From assembly GCF_022539665.2 (NCBI RefSeq), contig NC_081331.1, positions 9,734,001 to 9,798,000 on the forward strand: DNA of 64,000 nucleotides, given 5' to 3'. This document shows, one piece after another, positions 55,135 to 64,000 of the stretch (position 1 is its first letter; every line of letters begins with the position of its first letter). The notes beneath the pieces are model-generated. The model worked only from the letters and a program-made list of their open reading frames with translations, made no database searches and was not told where the DNA came from. The position numbers and the translations under genes are program-made. Origin of the DNA: Daphnia carinata (Eukaryota).

Positions 55135-57893
55135 GGCGCTCAATGCATCGAGCTCGCTCGTCCTGGCCTCGCACTCCGGTCGTTTTTTTACCTGGCTCGT
55201 TTTGATCGCCGTGTTCTTACACAGTGCGATAAAAACTTGTCCTGTTGGCACAAAGATTTTTCTTTTTTAAAAAGAAAAAAAGGTCGTCAACGACCGGCTT
55301 CCTGAACGTCCCGAACAATAGCGCCTCCCCCCACGCACACGGACGTGAAAATCCAGCAAATTGGAGATCAAATAGTAGGCAAACTATTTTTCTTTTAAAT
55401 GGCTGTCAGCAAATCGATGAATGACAATGAGCAGGAACATCAATTGTCTTCTTTTTTTTTTTAAGAGTTCAGTGAAGCCAGATGAAACGGCCGCTGTCTG
55501 TGCAATTCACACTGCAAACTTGTTCAACTTTTTTGCGCAAAGGGATAAATATGTACAGTCCAATTTTGACCTAATTTGATGGGGGAGGAAAGAAGAGGGA
55601 CTACCTTGCAGATCAACACATTTGGAATGTCGAAGGTAAATGTTAAGAGTTACTACTCCCCTTTAAAAAAAAAGAAAAAAGATCGGGAGTTTGTACAGCA
55701 CTGCTCCTAACGGCAAGGCAGCCCGTAAGCGACTGGCTTCCGATGGCTACGATTCCTAGCGATCCCACCCATCCGGCAGTGGAACGCACACATAAGGGAG
55801 GCAAAGACACCCCCTAGACAACCTCGTCCTTGTGTCTTATGCATTCCGTTCTCTGGTGTAGTACTCCACCAACCACTAGCACACACCCCCCCCCCCCCCC
55901 CACGCACATACGAAAACCTATACTCTTAAGTCTCCTTGTAATATCCCCCTTCCCATTGCTCTCTGATGTAGACACACACGTATAGAGCTCGGTGGGATCC
56001 TCTTTTGTTTTCTTCTTTCTCCATTTCGTCCTTCTCTTTTTTTTCCGGCGTTCGCGGGAGCTCCAGGAGGATGGTGCGGCGACGGCGCATTGCGTTCAGT
56101 ATTCTTCGTTTTTTTTAGGATTCTCAATTCAACGTAGAGAGAGGCCTACGAGAAGGAAATTATTCAAGCCAAAGAAAATGCAGAAGGTGTAACTACGCCA
56201 TTCCGAATAAACCCTCCCCCCCCCAAAAAAAAAAACGCTAGTTTCACAGAATCAGGTGAAACACGATCTTTCAATTGATTAGTAAGAGGTGGGTAACACG
56301 TTCGCTCCCGCGTGTAACCCTATATTAGTTTTGGCTAAACGAATTATGAGCATATTTACACGGTCGATTGTACTACAGCATCGGCTCCGATGACAAAGCA
56401 AAGTCTATTCGTGTTCTGTTTAATGTCCGCCCCGGCTGTCAAGCGAAATGTGTTCAACCAGAAAACCAATAGAAAAGATGTTGATGTTAGAACATATATA
56501 TACCAATATATAGTGGTGATGCTTGCCAAGCTGGTAATACGATCCGACATGCATTACCTACATATATACCAACAGCTTGTGTGTGTGTGTGTGTGTACGT
56601 GTGTGGAGAATTTCTTTTGTTTTTAAAACATTTCTCATCGTAATGTCGTGGAATTACTATAACTATACGCGTGGTGTGTTTGTGTGTGTGTCTGTGTGTG
56701 TGTGCGTGGGGACGAATTATTTGGAGGATGATTGATATCCACTGGTTTTCATGCCAGATGCCGGCCACCGGAAGTCCGGAAGTTGAACTTTTTTTTTTTT
56801 TTTTGCTTACCGATCCAGTGTTCCATGAACATTCCCCTAGTAATACAGAAAGAACCAATCGGAAGAATTCGGAGAAGAAAGAAAAAATCTGTTCTCTTTT
56901 TTTTTATTTGTCTTTTTTCGTGTTTTTCTTTTTTGTCTTCAATATTGTACACTTCGCGAGTCCATATCTTACATCGTTGTGCAGCCTAAATCCTACCCAC
57001 ACGGCCGCTCGTCCTTTTCTGTACAGTCTAGTACACTTGGCCAATTTTTATCGATTATGGAATCGTAGCTGCAACCCCCTCCCCCCCCAAAAAAGGAATA
57101 AACGCCAAAAATCACTACGAGCGTTAAGTTTAAAAATTCGTTCATGGTCTATAATTTAACTTCTGATTTGTTTCACGTCTTCCCTGAAACGATTGTTTGC
57201 GAGGTAAAAAAAAAAAATTCACTTTTGCTTGGTGCATCGGCAACACGCACACATGTTGAAGTACAAACGAGAGGCTAATGTCCACGTCATCGATTTCCAT
57301 TTTGTTTTGCGCTCTGCTTGTTTCTGCACTCTCTAGAAACGAAGCCTCATTTACGGAATGTGCGAACGAAACTATTGATCAATATTGTAAATCCATAACG
57401 CAGTACAAAAAAAAAACGTCCCTCAGCAAAGCCCCAAAGTCGCTTTCCCCCTCATTGAACATTACTCATATTTGACGCACTAGATCATACGATGCAAATA
57501 ATAGTCACATCGGAAATCAAGCGCATACAGGAATGAAGATGCATTAACTGAATGGCTATCGTCTGTGTTAATATCGTTAACAGCCTCGTCAAGTTGGCTA
57601 TAAAAATTGATCGTGAAGATGGCCCTGCTGGCTGCGATATATCAAATCAGGAGCTATATGCAACACAACGATAGATGAATGGATACGCTGGCTTCCTCTT
57701 CTCGCTTCCCATCGTCGACGATCGTGACCAGTTAAGAGTTAAAGAGCAGAAAAGTCGGTTAACGACCGGAGCAGTGGGGTTTGTTTGATGGAGGGTGATA
57801 CGAGCAACACATTAATGGCTCATTCAAACTGCCCGCCACGTAACAGTTGCTTAAGTAGCTCTTAAATAACATCTAAGTCAGCTTGGATTTCCT

Positions 57894-57921
57894 AAAAAAA
57901 AAAAAAAAAAAAAAAAAAAAA
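57894..57921. repeat. Poly-A tract (28 nt)
   Basis: Read directly. It is one of many homopolymer tracts in the receptor introns and upstream region. Confidence 0.85.
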
Positions 57922-60900
57922 GAAAGGAGCGTTTGACTTAATGCTCTGCAATGGCTCTATATAGCCAAGGATAGGGGAAGTTGGTGTTCCGTTTAAAAGA
58001 GCATTGATTCTTAATGTTTGAGGAAGGAACGAGACCGGAAAGACACCCACGTACATAGCGAATTATTGCCCCCAAATTGGTACCTTCTTTATCTCACTTG
58101 TTATTCGTTATTATATACTTTTCTTTTCTATATATATATATTCCCTTTCTATTTTTCCCCTCTCGAAGTGTTACAAACGCCAAGAAAACATGTCCACCCC
58201 CGTATCATCCTACGCTGCACCCAGCACGTTCCTCAGTGCTGCAAATAAAGATAAGTGTTGCTTCCAATGTGGCTATAAGACAGCCAACAAGATCAGTCGC
58301 CCTTACACCAAAGGATGATTATAATTTCCTATATTACGGAAGCCTTATTTATTCATGCAGCAAATAGGAGGGCAAAAAAAAAAACGCATTAAAAAAGTTA
58401 GCGCTCTTGCGTATCATTTCATTTAATAGGAGAGAGATTGTGAATGCTAGAGCGCTCACAGCTAATCGTTTACTTGCAATATTCAATTATTTGAAAGTCT
58501 ACTTTTTTCCCTCTGCCTTTGATATCGAAATTGAATCAGCGATGCCTAGCGCCTCATCATACAAGCAAAGATTGAAATATCCACATCTCAGGTTATTGGT
58601 TCCAAATCCGTTTGCCATCATCGTAGTCTAATTTATAGCTGTTCCATATTGCTTTGTTTATCTACTCCTTTTTATGTAGGCACTTAGCTTATATTTCCTT
58701 TATTTAACGTAAGTTACGTTCGGGGTTGCTCTGCCAAACGGGCAGAGCTTTTTATTTTTTTCTTTTTTACGACGGGATTTCGACCTTTAACGAAAGTGAA
58801 ATAAACAAAGGGACAGCTACAGTAGCTAAGTGAAAATGGATCAGAAAATGAGCAAAGGGTTAGGATAAAAGAAGGTGTAAACAACACACAGTATTGCCCA
58901 TACGCTGTCCTGACTTGAATGTCCTTTCGGGGCGTATATGGCAAACGGAGGATGGTCCTATAACCATGTGTCGTAAACTGCTAAGATGTCACGGGGAAAC
59001 ACATCGAGCTACTTTACTTTGGTTTGGCTATGTGAGGCGAACATATTTTTTTTCCCCCGTCCTTACGATATCGCTAGTTTCATCAGCGTTGGATTGATCG
59101 TAATAGCACAGCGTGGGTGCGTGTTGTCCTTCTTGAAATGCCGGTTAGATTGTCAATATAGAAGAATTTGTTGAGCTATTAATTTAGGATGTCGCTTGAC
59201 TAATTGGAAAGAAAAAAAATGCGGCCTATAAAAGACGCAGCCCGAACTCATCACTGCGTGGAAATATCTGGTCTCCCAATATAGCAAACATCTTCCAGTA
59301 ACATGGATTCATTCAATTTGATCGTTTAATGAAACGTTGTCGTTGGTGATGCTGGGTGGAATGCATTGGCAAATGTTATATTCTTTTGAAATCTGAATAA
59401 ACATACGTGAAAATCGAATGTGGCATATTGTATTGTGTTCCGTTTAATTTTGTTCAATTCATGTAAGAAGATAAGAGATGAATGAGAATTCAGATGTTCA
59501 TATCGCATACAATCATCAACCTTACCGTGCCAACCATCATCCGTGTGAGGTGACGTCAAGGTAATGACCGATCGATTTTTTATTCTTATTTTTTTTTTTT
59601 TCAAACGAACTTTCTGTGCCATGCCTAGCATGTTTGATAGCTGGAAAACGCCTGCTCCACACTTAATGCTCCATTTGTGTTCTAACTTGCTGCAAGGCGC
59701 TGCTGTTTCGTCTATAGTTGAGCATTTCTATTTATTCACTCCTTGCCTCCACAATCTTTTAGAATCTTTTATCCAGTAACCTAAGTTTTTTCTTTCTCTA
59801 TTTATCTGAGCCTATTTTGTGTAGTCAACATTTTTTTTTTTAAATGACCCAAACGGGTTGGACGAATTCCCGGATTTCTGCATTTGAATCAGCTGCGCTT
59901 TTATAAAGCAAAACATTTTTTTTTCTCCCCATCTAATCATTATGCATAAAGCAATTCGTTTTCTCTCAAAGCAATCTCAGTCGATCAGAGTCGAACTCGC
60001 AATATGACAACCAATAGCCGAACGATGGAACCCCTCCCCACCAAAAAAAATAAAATAAATAGAAAACGAAATTGCAATAAAATAATTGCGTAACGCAAAA
60101 GTAACAAAGAGATAAACGTCAGCGTTAAACTCCAGAATTTTCTAGCATGCATAATCTATTACAGCCTAAATCGACGTGCATTTAAAGACATAAAGAACGG
60201 CAAAATGCGCGTATTTTAACAAGATTATACCGTCATCAGCAGGCACACTATGTCAGTCCGTATGACTCACTTAACTGGCAATTCTATTCCGCTATGAAAA
60301 TTCGTTTATAACGAAGAAAAAAAAAAGCGGAATGTTTACATCCGATAGAAATCTCTACATCACCACAATAGGGAACAACAATAATTACATGCCACACGCA
60401 CACACGTCCCGCGAGATTGTTGCTTATCGCCGTAATAGCGAAAGGGGGATGAGGCTTACGAGTTGTCTCCCAACTCGCGGATTTTAAATCAAAATAATGC
60501 TGTGGCAGGATTTCGATGGAATTCTCGAGTTCTTGTGCGTAATCCTGTCTACTTTCTCAGTTGCCGCTTCTTCACCCGACCTACTTCGTTACACTCCCTT
60601 GACGGTTTGAAATCCCGAGAAAGACAAACTTCTCCTCAACGTCCTATTATAAGTGTCTTTGATGCCACGTCGCTGCCATCTGGCAACAAGGAGTTTCCAT
60701 TCTCTCAGTCAAAAGAAAAAATTTTGTTCCATCGTCTGTTTGATTATATGAAAGTCGGTGGTATTGTTTATTGTATACGCATCCGACTTTTCCTCTTGGC
60801 CGTAAGTATAACGAACGCGGTCCCACTTTTACTAGCACTCTGACGTACAAATAATTGCGATTTACGGTACCCATGAAATGCATAACTAAAACATCGCTTA

Positions 60901-63900
60901 TTTATTAGAGACCAACAATTCCGCACATGAATTGAATGTCGTTGAATCGTATAAGCCAAGCGATGGGAATTTTTAAAATGCGACCAAGTAATCAATGTGT
61001 TCCTCGGAGGACTGCTTATCAATCATCGGTTACACGATCGTCGATCTTTAATTGGGTGGAGTGCTCGTCTAGTACGTAGTATAATCCTTGTAGTATCCGA
61101 ATCAACAACCAAATGATGGAGATGCTTATTATTGGCTTTGGTCCTTTTATTCATTTCCTTTACATTTGATTCATTTGATCTTCTGCAAGGAAAAAAATAA
61201 ATAATTTAAAGCTGAAGGGTCTGATGTTTGCGACGGAGATGAGGATGCATAGAAAGTCGTGTCATTTATTGGTCTTGATTCGATTGCGTTTCTTTTGTGC
61301 CGGCAGATCGAGATTCTTGGAAATATATTAGAATATTCATGAGATCTTACATAAGGGCCGCCAAACTTCCCATTTGCAACAATTAACCTTTTATTTTTCT
61401 CCACCAGTTTTTTTACATGAAAATGAAAGAACGACTTTCACTTCTAAAACTTCTATAATCGGATGACACTTTCTCCCATTTTTCAATTTAATTTTAAATT
61501 CGAAAATAAATAATAGCTGATTCTAGCACTTGATAACTTTTTCTTTGTTTACGCCATCAAATCGTGCATTTCTACCATGAGCAATTCAATTGAAATTTCA
61601 CGAAATTCACGAGCTAAAACAAGTGACGCTTTATCCACAGTGACTGATGAGATGGCGCTCCCGTTTGGCTTCTGTTTGGTTATCCGGGTGTGAAATCGAA
61701 ATGCCATCATCCTTTGAGCTTCTAGGCCCATACGTCCTGCCGACTCTTGAATAGTCGCAACGACATTTACGCAATTCAATCCCGTTAATCTTCGTCGGGA
61801 TTTGGTGGCCCACAGGAGAATCGTGTAGAACAAACAAAAAATGTGATCCAATCTAAACAGGAAATAAATCTGCCTTTCCTATTTCTTTGTCTTGCTCTTT
61901 AGCGAAGGAACTTGGCCGACAGTGAGTATGCGTTGTCTGTGATTGTTTTCTATCGCATTGGAAACGAGTTCAATATCACAGGCAATTCGTGAAACGTTAC
62001 CGGATGCGGGAATGAAACGTGAAATGAAAGTGGATGCAACAGGAATTGAGATTCAGTGATATAATGAAAAATTGGAGAATAGCGATGGTGAGGTACAAGT
62101 GCGAGCAACGACGTGCTTCTTTTTTTTTTCATCCGATTGACTCTTGATTATCGCGACTATTATATTTGTGTTTTGAGTATGTGTTGAAGAGGGCGGCTTT
62201 TATTATTATTATTATTTTTTTTTTGTCTTTGATTTGGCGATCGTGCCGAAAGGGCGTGACGTGAAATCCAGATCGGAAGACTGATGAAGGCAGAAGATCA
62301 GGGCGGGACTACAAAAAGAGCCACAGCAATTAGTGGATGAAATTGGCTCCCCCGAGGGTGAAGGGCAGTTTGGTGTGCGAATGGTGAGGAATTCTCTGAT
62401 TCAATTGCAACAACCGAGCGTGAATAAAAAAAAGAAACGACCATAAAAGATTGGATAGAAACAGGGGAAAAGCCAAAACAAAAGAGACATAGACAGAACG
62501 CCTCACTGCTATAGACGGGAAAAAAACAAGAACGAGAACAATAATCGGTTTGCTACAACTGGGAAAAGGTTTTTTTTTTTTTTACTTACCATGTTAGCAG
62601 AACGTCAGCTGAAGCTTTTCCCGTTCAGTCAGCCTCCACCGCAACTATCTATTTTTCTTCAACCTCAATTTTTAGCCACAACCCTTTTACATTGTTACGT
62701 CAGAAATTCGATTGGCCGGATTTGGCTTTGACAAATTTTGGGTACGCAATTATTAAGTTTGCATAATAGATCGTGTGTACTGCGTCAGCTTGATGATACT
62801 GGAAAAAGGCAGCCACAAGCCAAACAAGTCCATCATCGATAAAGATCCGTTTTTTTTTCTTAAGGGCTATGTAGCTGAAATGGTTATAGACGGTAAACGA
62901 ATGTTTCACGAAGCAAATAGGCAACTAATAACGTGAAAACAAGCGATAGATTGATAGATCTCGGAGACCGGCGATTGGAATAAAGGAAAGATGAAGTCTG
63001 TTTAGGGCGAGATTTGTGATTTTTGAATGTGAAAATTTGGGGAATAAACAAAAGGAAATGATGTAGAAGCCATTGAACCACATCTTGTATAAGCCTGTCG
63101 ACATCATCTCGTCGTTGAGGGATGCCTTTAAACAATGGAAGATCGAAGAGCGATCGGTTCATCCATGGCTACGAGGCGAACACAAACAAGAAACGGAACA
63201 AAAACGTAAAGGAACAACTCGACCGCGCCAACGGCCTATTGCTCTTCTCTGAACGTCGTCAAAGAAACCAACAAACCAACAAAACAAATAGAATTGGGAA
63301 AAAAAAAAGTTAGATTGAGGAACTCTGATGCCCATCCGATGTCTTGCGCAAAAGGGCGGAACCAAGAACCCTTCAGCTTTTTGCCATTGCTTTTATATAT
63401 TTTTTTTTTTTCGTTGCACTCGGAAGTTGGTCGTAAAACTCGCGTGTGTTCAAAGAGAACCAACTTGCAGCGCCCCCCTTAACAGTATTATATCGGTGCT
63501 GGTCTTGTTTTTCTTCCTGGGAAAGTCAAAACACTTTGTCGGACGAAGACGATCTGTTCTTTTTCAAAAGCTCCATCCCTATACTTAAACTGTCGACAGG
63601 AAAACGAGGGATAAAGAAAGAAGGGAGGAAAAATAAGGAAATGGCATGGCCAGCATTCGATATCGAATGTTTCTAACTTGATGGTAGTTGAAGGGACCGA
63701 TAGCAATCCGAATGGATTGGCGATGATAAAGACAAAAGCAAAGACGATTGAACTAAAGGCGGAAACCTTTCGGCAGACGTGCGTCCGCTCCATTGCGCCA
63801 AGTTTGTAAGCCATTCTTCGGCGGCTGTGGTATGGCTACTAGTGGAAGGCGTCTCCCGCTATGGCAGCGGCCAAGTGAAATTCGATTCGTGATTATATGG

Positions 63901-64000
63901 TGCGGGAAAAAAAAAGAAACGTGACACAAGGCGTTTCCATTCGTGTAAAGATATGAAGATAGGATGAGCTATAATGTCGATCATAAACGTCTGGATGATC

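Noticed and set aside
63488..63814. 108-aa minus-strand ORF with a hydrophobic stretch, as an alternative receptor first exon
   Set aside because: No phase-compatible donor at the expected position and no recognisable homology.

Overview
Eukaryotic, AT-rich, intron-containing arthropod DNA. Short introns, poly-A/T tracts and gene content suggest a water flea such as Daphnia; this is inference. Left part (8.2-26.5 kb): four tandem, minus-strand, secreted short collagen-like (Gly-X-Y) genes. They share an N-terminal IQxQWxxFx[ED]YLPWL[KR]GP motif and core-promoter motifs. Middle: mitochondrial tryptophanyl-tRNA synthetase (WARS2, minus) head-to-head with a 3-exon gene I recognise as a MEI4 (meiotic double-strand-break factor) orthologue (plus). 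Right: a ~24-kb minus-strand kainate-type ionotropic glutamate receptor gene. Its most striking feature is a tandemly duplicated M1-M2 pore exon. One copy encodes R (FLRQGSG, codon CGT) and the other Q (LMQQGSD) at the Q/R site, so alternative splicing could do what A-to-I editing does in vertebrates. All exon boundaries were read by eye from GT-AG signals and reading-frame continuity; no searches were run.
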